A stretch of 64,000 nt of DNA from NCBI GenBank assembly GCA_964035545.1, contig OZ037765.1:5528698-5592697 (forward strand), read 5' to 3'. Source of the stretch: Bugula neritina (taxonomy: Eukaryota; Animalia; Bryozoa). Made by a program: the position numbers and the translations under genes. A model generated the notes under the pieces. It was not told where the DNA came from, did no database searches, and worked only from the letters and a program-made list of their open reading frames with translations. Within the stretch, counting starts at the first letter, position 1. Each line of letters begins with the position of its first letter. Shown here one piece after another: positions 40,501 to 55,500 of this stretch.

Positions 40501-43500
40501 CAAGTATTACAAACATTCCCAAAGTACAATGGTATGGCAGGTTACTAGCACTGATGCGTCAGGTAACATCTGGAGAGGGAAGTAGGTGCAAAGCTCCAAC
40601 ATTTTCTAATAGCACTAGTTCTAACTGATATATGTAGCATGGGAGGTTGTCTGCTTGCAAAATAAACCCCCCACCAACACCAAACCAGAAGTTATAAGCC
40701 CAAACTAAGCAAACACCCAGGCTTAGGACAATTACATCCTCTGCCAGCCTTATAACTACAGCTCCACCTAAAGCTACTGGCATTTAGTGAGACTACTGAA
40801 TCTACCACGTAACTATTCCTGCCCACGAGCAGTCTTGCTTTTAAAACTTGTGTGATAGGAATAGGCATACTTTGCAGTTATTAATGAGTTTCCAAGGTAG
40901 ATGTATGTCATCAATCATTTTCAGTAGCTGGTAACTAGAACCAGCAATAGTGAATATGGTTACAGGATGAGATGAAGAAGACAGAGCTTATGATGCACAT
41001 ACAAGGTAGCCCAGAGTATTACAACTAAGTGTGTAATACAACCTTAAACTAGTATATCTGTTTATTTTAGCCCATTTAGCAAGTTTATAAACTGTTTATG
41101 TTGTCAGAGCGGAACTACTAACACGGTGTTGAGTTTCATAACTGGTATCATGAATATTCCCCATATAGAGGGTTCACTTTGAACAGACTGCTAAGATAGT
41201 GTAATTCGTTAAATTTATCATTAGCTTAAATTCCTACGTTGCAAATTGACAGTTTCGGAAATATGATACAATGCATCCCACCCAAAGACATAGAAGTGAT
41301 ATAACAACCAAACCTCTGGTGCAAATAAAGGCGCAAATAATAGTCTAACAATAGCATACGGATCAGGAAATCCTCAAAGTGCTTATAGGAAGAGAGAAAA
41401 AACTATTGCATCATTGCTGTGCCTTTAGCCTAGGTGCTACCAATCACTGTGGTCTTAGAATCAATGTGTAACAGTGAGTGAGTTGGAGGAGTGAAGGTCT
41501 GGCCACATTGGTTGAGATGCTCCAAGAAGGACACTGCTGTTGATACAGGCCATCACAAAAACAGGCATATTGAGACTAGTTGTATTACTAGCAATTAACA
41601 AAGTTTATGAATTCAATAGGAACAGAGTAGAGTTAAATTATATGTACAGAGAGTATTTTGAAAAATGTATTAAACTTATTTTCAGATAAAAAATTTCTAG
41701 ACTGCTCAACCAATCATAGATGCCTGTTTTGAAAAAGTTCGGTTTATTTAGTGTGAAACTATATAAACGAAACTGAAAACATGTGCCATCTTTAAAAGTC
41801 CTTGGTCAAAAACTCATTGAGCAAACTGCAGTGTTTTTCACTGAAACATCTCAAAGTGGGACAGACCTTGAGAGTGGTGGCTGCCGCCAGGGGAAGTGAA
41901 CACCAACCAAAACAGACTGCGACTCTCACACTTACTCTACCTGTAGAAGTGACAGAGCTCCTCGCAGACCTGGTCTTATCCAGAGGTTTAGGTTTGGTAG
42001 AGAGAGGCGGTGGCGAGGCTAGCCTAGGCTTTAGCTTAGAAGACAGAGGAGGAGGTGAAGCTAATGCAGGTTTCCCTTGTGTCGGCTCTTTAGCCTCACA
42101 GTCTGAAACACTCTGTGAATAAAGTGGCTTACAGACGCCAGGAGAAGTTGCCTGCGCTTCTGAACCAGTACCACTATCTGGAAATTCTTGACTTGGCGTA
42201 CTAGCCGTACTACCCCTAGAGTTGACTTTTATTCCTCTGTCACTCAGAGCACCCATAATGTCGTCAACAAACGAAAGGGATTTTGTTGGCGATTTTGCAA
42301 CTGGTTCAGAATCCAAAGTTGCAGAAGAATTTTTCTCATCCAAGTCCAGGTTAATTGGAATTTTCTTCTCTAAATCTCCGTTACACGAAGCTTTCCTTTT
42401 ACTCTCTGTCTCTTTGGTAGCATGCTCATCACTATCTAGTACATCCATCTCTTTATCCTGTACCTCAACCTCATCCATAGCAAACCTTGCTGCTCCTGAA
42501 CCGGCTATACCATTATGTCACAACAACATAAGTAGTCACAGCTTAGGAATGTAACACAATAAACTGCAAGACTTTGAGGTCCCCCTCAAGCTTTGAATAT
42601 ATATTCCCCAACACTATAGCACTAACAAGGCTTTTCAACCAGTCTATCTAAAACACTGCAGTACCCGTGTGTGCCAGCTGCGAATTACTTTACCTATTCA
42701 TATTTCCAAAAAAGCATAACGAATGCTACTAGCCCGCGTTCTCAGCTATTACTACTAAACAGGTCATTCAACAGTTCACGGGTATTCAAGCGTGTTAACT
42801 GCTACGATAGGCTAAGCTCTTGCAAAACTACACTACAGCACAACACATTCCGTGTAACTGACTCAGTGCGCACATTTGACCTCTACCAGCTTGTTATAAC
42901 CTTTTCACAGTTGCTACGAATGTGAATGGTCATTTGCTGTTTACTTTATCAACTATCCCGTTCAAGTTGATTGCATTGTGTATTACACTTGCATTATTGT
43001 TATTTTCCCTCAATGTTTTGCTGATAAGTCCTAACTGGTACTTGTGCTGGGTGCAAATATTAAGATAAACTATTTCACTAATCAAGTGACAACAGCAGAC
43101 TATGAATTGGTTTCACTGTGTACTGTCTACGGAGAAATACATCTAAACTCACCTGTCTGTTCAGTTTGATCATCTGCCTCACTCTGAGAATTCATGGCAC
43201 CAGTGAATTCTAAAATGTAGCAAGTTATTTGAGCATAGAATCACGGCATAAAGCAAGGTTGCTGTAGAGTTAATTTATGCTCTATAAAGTTATCCTATAA
43301 TATTTAAATGCACTATAAATATTTACTGCCCTATAGGCAGACACAAGTTGACATTTGAAAGCAAATTACTAATACAAGTTAAACCTAGTGAACTGGGATA
43401 GAATTTAATATAGCATGACTACACCCTACTATTATACTATCTCCATTACTGCCAAGAAGCTAGCTTCCTGCAGAGCTATGACACACTGGTGAGATGTTAT

Positions 43501-46500
43501 TACACACAAATTGTGGATGCCACGTATTCTGTACTCCTCAGCGTATTATACCAGCATACTGGTGACTTCACCGCAAATATGTAGGAGGCAGTCAATGCTG
43601 ATTCTACTCATAGAGTTGTGGTAGGTGTAGTAACGGAGAAATTGGAAAAAGCCTGTGTTCCAGATGAAAATGCGGCAAAAAATTATGTTTTAAAAGAGAA
43701 CCCAAACTAAAGTTCATAAAGGAAACCTTTTCCCCCATTACGGCATCCAAATGGCACAGTTTCCCAGGAATATTTATACTTGTTCCACTAAGAATAAGAT
43801 TTAATTTTTTTATTTTCTGAAGAATAAAGAAATTTCTATAGTGTGAATTCTCGGGCTACAATTTCCATAGCATGAGTTCTCAAGGCTGCAGATTTATCTA
43901 GTGGAGGTGATTTCTGACCCCCAAATTTTATCAGGGAAATGGAATGACAAACAACTAAACATTGTCACACGAATTGCAATGAGCTGACAGCTTAGAGAAG
44001 TATAATATAAGCCATCCATAGCTCAGTGAAGGATAGTGCAAGTCAGTTAGTGTGACCAGAAAGAGGTACATCTCACTACCAGGTGCTTGTCTGTCAGGTT
44101 AATAGTCAAATGTGACTAAAAGACTTGCAATACAATCCAAGACAGTAGAATTATATTTAATAACCAAAACCCATAGAGAAGATGGAGATATAATATAGGT
44201 AATAGGAACTAAATATAATAATATACGCAAGTCTATATAGCATACAAAAAATATAAAATGAAATCATTCTAAACCCTGCCCGAGGTTAACAAATGTGAGT
44301 TACAGATAACAATGCACCCCCTTTGATAAAACAAGTGCACTAATGGTGCAAAGTTAAACTTAATTAATTAGGATGAGCAGTTATACAGAATGAGGTTAGT
44401 GATTAGTGTTATACACAAGCCATAAGCCAACAGCTGGGGAGGGCTGAGTATTCAAGTTATTATATTAATTATGTAACATAAAATCATACTGCAGAAGTAC
44501 GCTGAGCAGTAAATGTATTGGTGTAAGTGTGGAGATAATATTACAAGGATAGCATGCAGTGTATATAGTGAAATGGCACAAGCCCTGCCATTCCAGTGAT
44601 AGACCTGATGCTAAGCTAGAAGTTAATAGGAATCTTAAACATGCCATGCGTGCTGTATGCCACTGATAGAACAGTGGTGAATTGTATTGCTCAATATTAC
44701 CTTTGTTGGTCTCCTCGGGGCTTTTAACTAATAAAATAACATAATTAAGTAAAAGTGTCTCCCCTTGATATGTACTATTAAAACAGTTACTACTTGGATT
44801 TGTAAGGGTGATTATAATCATAAGATATTGTAGAGTGTAGACTTTCAATAAAAGTATTGAGGGTAAAATTTCAAATTTAATATAATTTGCTTTGCAATCA
44901 AATTCCTGATACTTTTACACTGAAACTTAACAACACAGCTTAAAAAGCAATCATAGCACTAGCCAATTCATCAAGTTCCAAAAATTTATAATAAGTTAAT
45001 ATTTACAGCAAAAAGGGTTCGAAATATGAGAGTTACTTCCCCTTGCAATATCAAATGTACCCAATATTCCGCTGCAATCATTAATTATAGAGTTACTAAG
45101 AATATCATTGCCAAGTATGGAGACTTACCTAAGATAGACTGAGGTCTCCTCTTCAGTGTCTTCATTACAGACATTCTGTTCTCATGAGTGTCCCCAAGAT
45201 ACGTCATTCCCTGGAGAATAAAGAAATCATCATTCTGCTTTGAGTAGAAATTACGACCAAGAAGCACAGCTTAATACAAAAACAATATAGCTTTCATGGC
45301 CAGGCTTGTTTTCTTTACATCAACACACGGTAATTAAGTTTTGAGTTAACTAAATGTTACATTCTAAGCTGTGAAGCTAACAGTAATGTACAATACACCC
45401 AGAATGCTATCAGCAATTAAAGTAGACAATTTCTTAAGATAACTTCAAGTTATTAAAACTAATTCTAATGATGTTAATTAAATGTAGCAAATTGTTTCTT
45501 GTTTTTAAAGCACAAAATACAAAATTACATGCACAAGTACGTAATAAACATTAGATAGTTTCGCCAAAGATCCAAATAAACTTCAATACTGCTAAGAAAA
45601 GACAACGAAAACAAAAAACTTTTCAGCCAATGCAAATTAACAATCTTAGTTGTGTTGTAGAAAAGAATTTCTGATCACTGAAACATAAATATCTGCTAAT
45701 GACACAAACATTTTCATAAAATGAATGCATGGGGTACAAAGAAAGTTGAACGAAGCCTTAGTCCCTACCAGGGTTGGAGATATGGAGTCGGCAAGTTCTT
45801 CTACATCTCCTACAGTACCGTCACTTTGCGTTGATTGTATGGTAGCAGTACTCTCTAGTGTGCTTCTTTTCTATAATAACAGAACGTGGTGAAACTAATA
45901 CTAGAAATATCATGCAATACCTAAAATGGAGAATCTAAAAAAAACAAAGGATAAACAATGAATACTGACTGTATACAGGACCATCTATCACATTATAACT
46001 TATTAGTTTATGAAACTAACTGTACCAGCTGCTAAAATAATATAAATAACTATATTATCCAGAAAGTGAAACCAAGTTTTTTAAAAATAGTTTTTTCCAA
46101 GAACCATCTATGCCATTGTATATATATCCTCAGAGAAAAGAGACTTGAAATAAGCATTGCATAAAAATGAAGAAGACAACTCTCAATTATTGCAGCTTCT
46201 GTTGATATAATTACTCGTATAATACAGAGAATGACTGACCAGAGTCTTGAGTTCCTTGTATTTAGCTTGGAGGAGGTCTACCACCTTCTCAATCACCTCC
46301 TCCGCTATATAGAAAGCCATGTTGAAGTTCAGTAGGCTAAGTTTGTTCTGAATATCACTCACAAAGTGATGGTCTATCAGCCCCCCTATCTCAGATGGGC
46401 TGAGCTGACCTCGGCTTTGGGCTCCTGACTCCAGCATGCTTTCAGTCTCCTACAGAACCACAGGAAGGATTTGATTATTCTAATTGCACACGAGGCTACA

Positions 46501-49500
46501 CCCCGAGTCAGACATAAGCTTTGCGGTCTAGCACATGCATATATCACATGACCAACATATAAACAAATTGTATCCGCTCAAACAAGTAACAAATTGTTAA
46601 GCAAAACTGTTAGCTTTTGAAAGAAGTAAAAGTCGAACTGGTGGCTCACTTTAAACCAATTCTTTACCAAACAGCAAGTAATCTGATGCTGTAAGTGTTC
46701 CAGTGTTCCAGCATTCTTAGGTGTTAAAAGAAAATCATCACAAGAATATATTCAGTACTCTAGCTCATCACAATATAACTGCAAAAACTGTCAGCATTTT
46801 AGACCTCAGGTCTACAGAGAAATAAACTCACCTTAGAGGCAACTACAGAGTTGCACTCCTGGCTCACCATTTTCAGCATATCAAGTCTGACCTGCTCTAA
46901 CTGGTCATTCACTGAGCCACTGAGAGTGTGTGTCACCTGCTTTATGCTGTCACTGAACTTGTTAGGAGGCTCCTCACACTTTGACACCACCGCCTGCAGC
47001 GCCATCAGTATCTGTAAACAAACAGCTTTGTGTCTTGAATCTAACTGGAGCTATGTGAAACTTTATATGGCACACAAATTATAATCATGAATACGGCTTT
47101 GAGATGGTTTAGAGATGCGTGTGTCAGTACATATGTCAGTGAGCTACTGCATAAGATTATAGCAAGTAATACAAATACCAAAATAGAGGTAATAGAAATC
47201 AAACAACCCCAAAATGAGTTTACTTGATATTATAGAATTGTATGTCACAGAATATTAGGTGAGGCATACAGTAACACACCAGTAATGTAGTCAAGCACCA
47301 GGTGACCTGTCACATCACCTGTCACATCACTTGTCACATTACTTGTTATGTCATGTCACTTGTTATGTCATGTCACTTGTTATGTCACATCACATACCAC
47401 ATTACTTAACATGTCACATTATATGTCACTTGTTATGTTATGTCACTTGTTATGTCATGTCACTTGCCAGGAATAGATGTTAGGACAAAACATTGCAAGA
47501 GCTCTTAGACTGACCTGCTTAGCCCTGTCAGCGTCAGCAAGTAGTTTATTAGTCTGAGCAAACTCCTCAGGAGAGAGGCTGTCTGATTCACACAGACTGT
47601 TTAGAAGGATGTGAATATTTCGCACTTTCTTGTCTATTATCTGTAATTATTTTAATTTCACAAAATAAATTCCAAAATATTAAATAATCATTTTGACATA
47701 CTAAATAAAACATTTTGACAATTAGTAAAAAGTTGATATGTAGTTAAATAGACCCTTTTCAGAGGTCCCAATGTCCCCTTTACAATTGAGAGTTGTGTCC
47801 TCCCAAAATGAAAATTGTTGAACAAAATAAACTTGAACTAATTTTTGTGATTTTGGTTGCTGAGCAATGCTGAAGTACCACAAAAATACTTTCAAATTTA
47901 TTTTCTTTAAAATTCTTCATTAAGAAATGTTTTTAAATTTCTTTTTGAACTGCTAATATGTGTGCTTATACCAAGATATCTATCTCCTAAAAAACAATTC
48001 TATAGCATAATTAAAATTTCAAGTAACAGTCAAAGTTAAATTTTTTAATGAGTTTGCTCTTTATACAAAAGTTCAACCTATTCACTTTAGGAGGACATAA
48101 CTCTTAATTGCAAAGGGGATATTGGGGACCTCTGAAAAGGGTCTATTAAAAGATTTTAACGTATTGGTACAATTCCTAGAATGATTAATTAATCAATACA
48201 TGAATGAATATGATTGGACCAACCGTCTGTGCAGAACTGACAAGAAATCCTTGCTGCAGCCGATAACACTGATCATAGTTGATTTTTTTAGGAGCATGAT
48301 TTCTCTGAAGACAAGTTTGTATCTACACAAAGTATAAGATTGATATCTGTATGTACACCTCCAGTCAGTTATTGTTATATAATGTAGCATACATGTCACA
48401 CATATTAATGGTACATAAATCACATATTATGATAATAACTTGTGACCAAGTTTAAGCGGATAGATGTAGGAACACATGGTACAGTGTATACACATGTCTG
48501 TATTAACACATGGTACAGTGTATACACATGTCTGTATTAACACATGGTACAGTGTATACACATGTCTGTATTAACACATGGTACAGTGTATACACATGTC
48601 TGTATTAACACATGGTACAGTGTATACACATGTCTATAGCAACACATGGTACAGTGTATACACATCTCTGTAGCAACACATGGTGTATACGCAGGTTTGT
48701 AGTACCACAATGAATTACTGCACGCACCTGCATTGAAGCGCTGTGAATTATATCGGGGTTAATTCTCACACTGGCAGCAATATCAAATATTGGTAACGGC
48801 ATTTCCAGCATCGTCATATTCCTAAAAGCACATGTGTTGCATTTTCACAGCAGTTGACAACTGATTGCAGTTATTTTCAACTATAAATTAAGGTAAAATA
48901 ATTGAATTAAGATAATTAGTTCAACAGTTAATTTACCGGCGTCACATTATTTAACTCAAAATTAGTTAACACATTCGTGCTTAATCCGTTTTTGGGCACC
49001 TAAATTAATTTAAAAAAAAACGATACTGAAACCATATAAAAAATCAGGTTTGCAGTTGAGGAAAAAACACCATCTTACGATTAAAACCTAGTCGTTCCAA
49101 TTATATACCAATAAACTCATATACTGCAAGTACCTTTGTAAAGCCTGTGATACATCCCGTAGGCCAGCCGCTGTAATGTTGTTCCTATCCCAGGTAACGC
49201 TTGTAAGAGTCGAGTTGATTGTCAGAGCTTTGGCCAGCATCTTTGCACCGATGTCTCCGATCTGGTTACCACTGATGTCTAAAGACTTGAGAGTGCTGTT
49301 GCTGCCCAGAGCATTGATGATGACAGTAGTATCGAGACGGAGCTTGGAATCAGCAATACTTAAAGACTCCAGTGCCTGTAAACCAGCGATAATAGAACTT
49401 AGTCTTTTGTGGACAGCGAGCCTTCTCCATAAGACAAATAAAACCCAATGGATTCAAAATTATGCCACCATTAAACTACAAAAATACGACTTAAATTAAA

Positions 49501-52500
49501 AATAAATCAAAAAACAACAAAAATAACAACTATTCTGCACATTAAATATGGTCAAGCATGGACCGCATCAGAAGCACCTAATACTAGTGTTGTTGTGGCA
49601 GGGGAAAGCGAGGGCACTTTCCAAAATGAGATAAATACATAATAAAAGCAGTAGATTAAAGCATGGACTGAAGCGAATAGAATACATACACAGTGTTCAT
49701 CTTGGATGGCACGAACCAAACCTTCAAGGGCTTGCTGCAATGCTCTAAAAATAGATGTTATTATAGTAGAAGCCGGGAATGGCGACAGTAGCTGCAGTAA
49801 TGTGTGGCTTCTTGAGATGCATAAGGAAGAGGCAAAGGAGTGGGAAGCAATGAATGAAAATCACAATAAAAGGAAAGACAATTTTGGCAATGATGTCCTA
49901 AAACAGATGTAAATTATACAGAGGGCCTGACATACGTAAGATTCACTTTCTGTCGGATGTTAGTATATATTTAGTAATGGCGTGGAGACAGCTTGCATCA
50001 ACAAGAAATGCATCAGAAGAAAGCACAAATAGGATAAACATACTTATTTCGCAACTGTGAAAAGTTCTTTCCTATTGAAAGGTGGTGAATGGTACCATTC
50101 TTCCCAAACCATGGCAGTATTTCAGTTAGATTGGTATCAAGTCCTGTACAGAGAAAACAGCTGCTTTGTTGAATAACAGTTTCAGATAAAAACTGTCAAA
50201 ACATATCAGCAAAAGCAAAATTTGACCGAATTAAGTTTGGTAAGTTTCCTAAAGGTTTATTAACAATGTATAAACAAAATACAATCATTACAAAGCTAAT
50301 ATAAGCAGCCAATAAATATTAATGTTAGGAGAGTAACACTAGAAACATAATATAGCAGAGTAATTTAAAATTAACTTAGGAAACGAAACCAAATAGATAG
50401 TTTATATATTAACTTATATTCATGACTGACAGAACTTTGGTCAAAATTATTGCTACTTATATTTATATATGTATTTTTGGTAGCTCAAAAGAAAAGGAAA
50501 TTAATAGTTTGTGAATTATGTCTAGCCTATTACTAATACAGCTTAAAGTATGACAGGGGCAGTAACTCACCATTATCACTGAGGTCAAGGCCATGGATAT
50601 TCCTCAGGTTGGCAACACAACTTCCCAACACCATTCCTCCATCAGACCTCATGTCGTTACAACTCAAGTCTAGATACACCAGTGGCTTGTTAACATTGGA
50701 GGATAGACCAAGTAGTAACTCCCTAGAGAGATATGATGTCACATATACATATCATTCAATAGTGGATGCCGGGAATTAAACTTCATATATATTATGTTAT
50801 ATATTATATTAAATTATAGCTTTTACAACAAAGGATAAATGTAAGCCAAATCAAATTCATATTGCGACAAGAATCTTTAAAATTCCCCAATAATTTCAAA
50901 AGCAGAAAATGCAGCATTAAACACCGCAATGAACAGCCTATTTACGACACAGGTAAAGGCATTTAAATAATCAAAGCCTATTTTAGTGAACGTCAAGAAT
51001 TAAATTCGATAGTTAATAATTATAACTTTTACAACAAAGGATAAATCAGAGTCAAATAAAACTCATGCATTTTGCAATAAGAACTTTTAAAAACTCCCCA
51101 AAAAAATTAAGAGCAAATGATGCTGCATTAAAGATTACAGTATATTGACAATATGAGTGAAGGTATTCAAATAAACAGAGCATACTTTAGGGCTGGCGCC
51201 GGAAGTCTCGTGTTAGACATGGTGAGCTTCGAGAGAACAAGAGCTGAGCTGAAAAACTGTTTCCACGAAGAGCTTGGTTTGCCGTCCTTACTCTTCTTGT
51301 TGGTGAAAGGATTGCCGGACACATTGAGCTCTTCTAAGTGCTGGGTCGAACCTCTAGTCAGAGCAGTGAACAACTGAAACAGAAATCAATATTTAAAATC
51401 TTAGTTTCGGCTGTCAATGATGTTGCATAGCGTACATATGAGTAAATATCTTACAACAGACATTTAGCAGATGAGTATCAGAAATACGAAAACTCATAAT
51501 GCTTACCGATTCCAGAGGAGTTTCAGTATCAGACAAGTCTAATTTTTGGAGTACATTGGGCTGTGCTAAGAAATTATAAAGAGCCTGCAAACAAGATAAA
51601 ACCAAAGAGTTGGCGAGCATTAGCTTATATAAAACAAACTTTGGTTAAAACAAAATAGCCAAATCCTTGAACTTTTTATTCTAATTTTCAGAAAATTATG
51701 AGAAGACCTTGATAAAAATATCACAACAATATCACTATTCAAACAATACTGCCTGCCCTTTATATATGTGATTGACTGGAGCTGAACATGGCAAAAATCA
51801 GGAGTTGTTGTTACATGTGCATATAACATAATTCAAGAGCAGACAACTTACCCGCAACTCATCGCCTTTCAGATTATTCCCGGACAGATTGAGTGTGCAA
51901 AGAGTATTGGCCATAATATGATTGCTGGATATGGACTCCATCAGCCTGCTTACACCCTTATTCCCAATAGAACACTGGGAAAGGTCAAGGCTTTGCATGC
52001 CATGCACCATGTTACTTATAGCTTCACTCAGGTAGGATATGCCTAAAGAGGACAATACTGAGTTGTACAAGAAGGTCGCAAGCGCTTTACAACTAACAGC
52101 TACTTTCTAAGACATATTCATAAATTCATATTAATTTCAAATTCTAATACTTATTATAGCTAATTATATTACTAGTTCAACAATAAAATAGAATTAGTGC
52201 TCCCTCCGTATCTCACTAAGTTACGGATCCCGAAACCTCAATTTATAACAGTAGAATACCAGATTCAACTCACGGATCAGCTAAATTAGGCCATTTTGTC
52301 CCTATACAAACATACATAAGCCACAAAACAGGGATACAAGCCCTTCTTGTAACTTATAGAATTTCGAACAGAGCTAGATCCGTGAAACATGGAGGGAACA
52401 CTGTATTTTCATACATTAAAGTATTATAATAATTAGTAATATTCAATCTTCTAGAGAAATCTTTAAATGACCTACCTTTGTCTTCTAGGATATTTCCACT

Positions 52501-55500
52501 CAGGTTGAGTGAAACTATTTTAGAGGTCAAGTTGGAAGAAAGGGCAGACGAAAATTTCTGTAGAAAATCACTGCAAGTACATAAGTTGAAGCATGAGTTA
52601 CAGCAATAGAATTCTTGTAGCCTCAGAGTCTAGTTTAATGTAATCTATAAACAAGCGGGTTCTATACACCCTCCTTACAAAGACTGTGTAAATGTCACTG
52701 AAACACAACTGAAAAAGCATAAATAACCCAGCAACATCACATTTTGTCATCAACAGAAGGTAATAGAGGACTCTCTGCAAAAACCACATAAACATACACA
52801 ACATACTATATTATACCTTTTTAAACCCGTGGAAGCCAAGTTTAAAGTGGTGAGAGAGTTATTCTTTCTTGTAACTTTCAGAATCTCAGCAAGCGCTTCT
52901 GCAGTCTGGAAAATAGCAAAAGTCAAGTTTTCCTTTTTTATTACAATTATTAGTAAAGAGAAGGCATAATTCTAACTCAACTGCCTCATGTAGATTAATG
53001 CAGAAATAAACAGAAGAATAAGGCGAAGAAAACTTATACAAATGAGTATGTTGAAAAATTCAAATTTAATAATCCTAATAATTTTCAATAACGGCAATCT
53101 ACAGGCAATTAGAAAAGTTGTTTTTTGTACAAACTGTGAAAATTAATATATTCTTTTTCAAAGGCGATTGAGAGTTGTCATTTCAAGTAGGTGGGTTTAG
53201 TTGATTTTATTTAAAATCTTAAGTTATGTTGTATTAAATCAAGCAACAAGCATGATAAAGTTTCAATTGTTAGGCAAATACATAGAGACAAAAGCCTAAA
53301 CAACAAAATCATTCACCAGTAAATATAGTTCAATAATTGGCATACCATTTTCATGTTAGAAGCATCTAATCCCGAAAACCATTCGTTAAACTGGAGAGCT
53401 CCTAGCAAAGGTACATGATCTCTAAAATTTAGACGCAATTAATTAGAACTTTAACAGTCATTTAACAGAGAGCTCAAGCGCCCCAGTACCAACTGTGTAT
53501 AGCTGTATTCATGCATGTCTATAGATGATAGAAGGAAAGTAAAGTGTGCAACTGTGTAGACATCAACAACTGGGCCCAGAGTAACATGTACAATGCAGGA
53601 AATGTTCACATACACTGATGAAGCCAATTGTGAAAGACTATTCCTGAGACCAGTACGATATGAAATACAGAGCGAATTGAGTTTAATATAAAAGGCTGAA
53701 AGTGCCTAAACCCCTGCAGAATTATATTTAAAAAACCAAAAATGACAGAAACTCTAAAGAATGGCAAAGAATAAAATAATGTAACAGCTTTTTAATGATA
53801 AATAAATTGACGAAATATATAATATAGATAAAAACACAGGTATCCATGCAAGTCGTATCAGTGCAAAGTGCAACATGCTCTGGTCAAACTTAGAACACCT
53901 CAACAAATCACGCATAAAGATTGTAAAGCTTCTTTCCCAGTAAATCAGTCCCTGATGATGAGTCGAAGGCAATGACTCGTAAGTAATGAGTTGCAGTCAA
54001 TGAGTCATAGAGTCATATACAATGAGTAATAGAGTCATATACAATGAGACATAAGCAATGAGTCGTAGACAACGAGTCATAAGTAATGAGTCGCAGTCAA
54101 TGAGTCATAGGTAATGAGTAATAGAGTCGTAAGCAATGAGTCATAAGCATAATATACAACAAAAACCTCACAAACTAGTAAGCCGAGACTCCTAACACAC
54201 TGTCAATAGCAAATTGATAGCTTGCAAAAACAGATAAGAATTTCATGAGACATTTACTAGATGGAGCTGCCAATAATGCAACAACAGGGCCACGGCTTAC
54301 CGATGAACATTTACTTTGTTACATCTAAAAGAGGAGTTGTATTATCTATCACTAACATTTATCAGACTTGTAGACATTGATAATGTAGGTTGATATCAAC
54401 AACTATACCCAACATGTTACACACATTAAGTCAGCTGTGTGATAACATAGCATATTACAGTACAATTATTATTATAATAGACAACGTGGTTATAATTTGT
54501 GCTTTAGAGTTGTCCCCTCACCAAGTACAAAAATTAGTTACTGCGTAAGAATCATTATGCATGCAGCATATACACTATAAGGATGAAACAGTTCATCATA
54601 GTTGTTATAACAAAGAGAGGGCCTTTGACCAATAGCATGCAGTAAGTAGGTTAGCACACAAGAATTCAATAAAATAGTGTTTGCAAGACATAGCCTGTTT
54701 ACCAACGACAGCTAAGCTGCTAATGCATAGTAAACAATGGTAGTCTATTTTGCTGTACTAGCAAGTAGAATTGTAAATTCTGATTAGAAGCTATCCCCAA
54801 AAGATAAAATAAAGTCATGTAAATATTAGCTGCAATTCCAATATAAGAAGATGCCCTGTAAGAAGAAACTGATTGGTATTTGATGCACCTTATCACAGCC
54901 AAAAGCTTACTTCCTCAGTAACTTAATCCATCATTAGACCTTATCACAAACTCTTCTAGGGGACATCAAGATAACCATACGAAAACCACCATTTGAATCA
55001 ATTTTTTTGGAATGCCCTAAACCGAAATTCACTGAGAAAATTAAAGAGTTTAAGCTATTAAAATTTCTCCACTACTACACCTTAACTGATAGAATATATA
55101 AATGCAATGGACAGGCAACTTCAAAATAGCTTAGATTTATCAATAATTCATACTAATTGAAAGACATCAAATATCTGCAATAATAAACACCACTTCACTA
55201 AACTACAGTGTGATTCACTAGAGGATATGTGATATTAGTTGAATATATATGAAATAGGAGTAGTCTGAAAATATAAGATGGTGCATATTGGAAGGACAAG
55301 TGAGGCTATAGCAGGATATACGAGATTTCTTAGACCCAAAGACCTGTTCACTAAAGCAACAAATGTTAACTTCAGTTGAGTTAAAACGCATTTCACAGTT
55401 TACATTGCTGAATGTAGTAGTTTAGTAGTAACAATGCATACAAGGAAGCAGGGAGTATATAACACAGTTCACCAGTAAATGGCCATTGCAAAGACAGCAG

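Noticed and set aside
48224-48322. Possible frameshift in a CARMIL exon at the A-run
   Set aside because: The run has seven A, which keeps the frame (PKKINYDQCYRLQQG).
48471-48685. CRISPR-like 34-bp repeats
   Set aside because: Head-to-tail units without unique spacers, in a eukaryotic intron, no cas genes.
50808-51130. ~130-bp diverged local direct duplication in a CARMIL intron
   Set aside because: Ordinary intronic duplication with no termini or coding signal.
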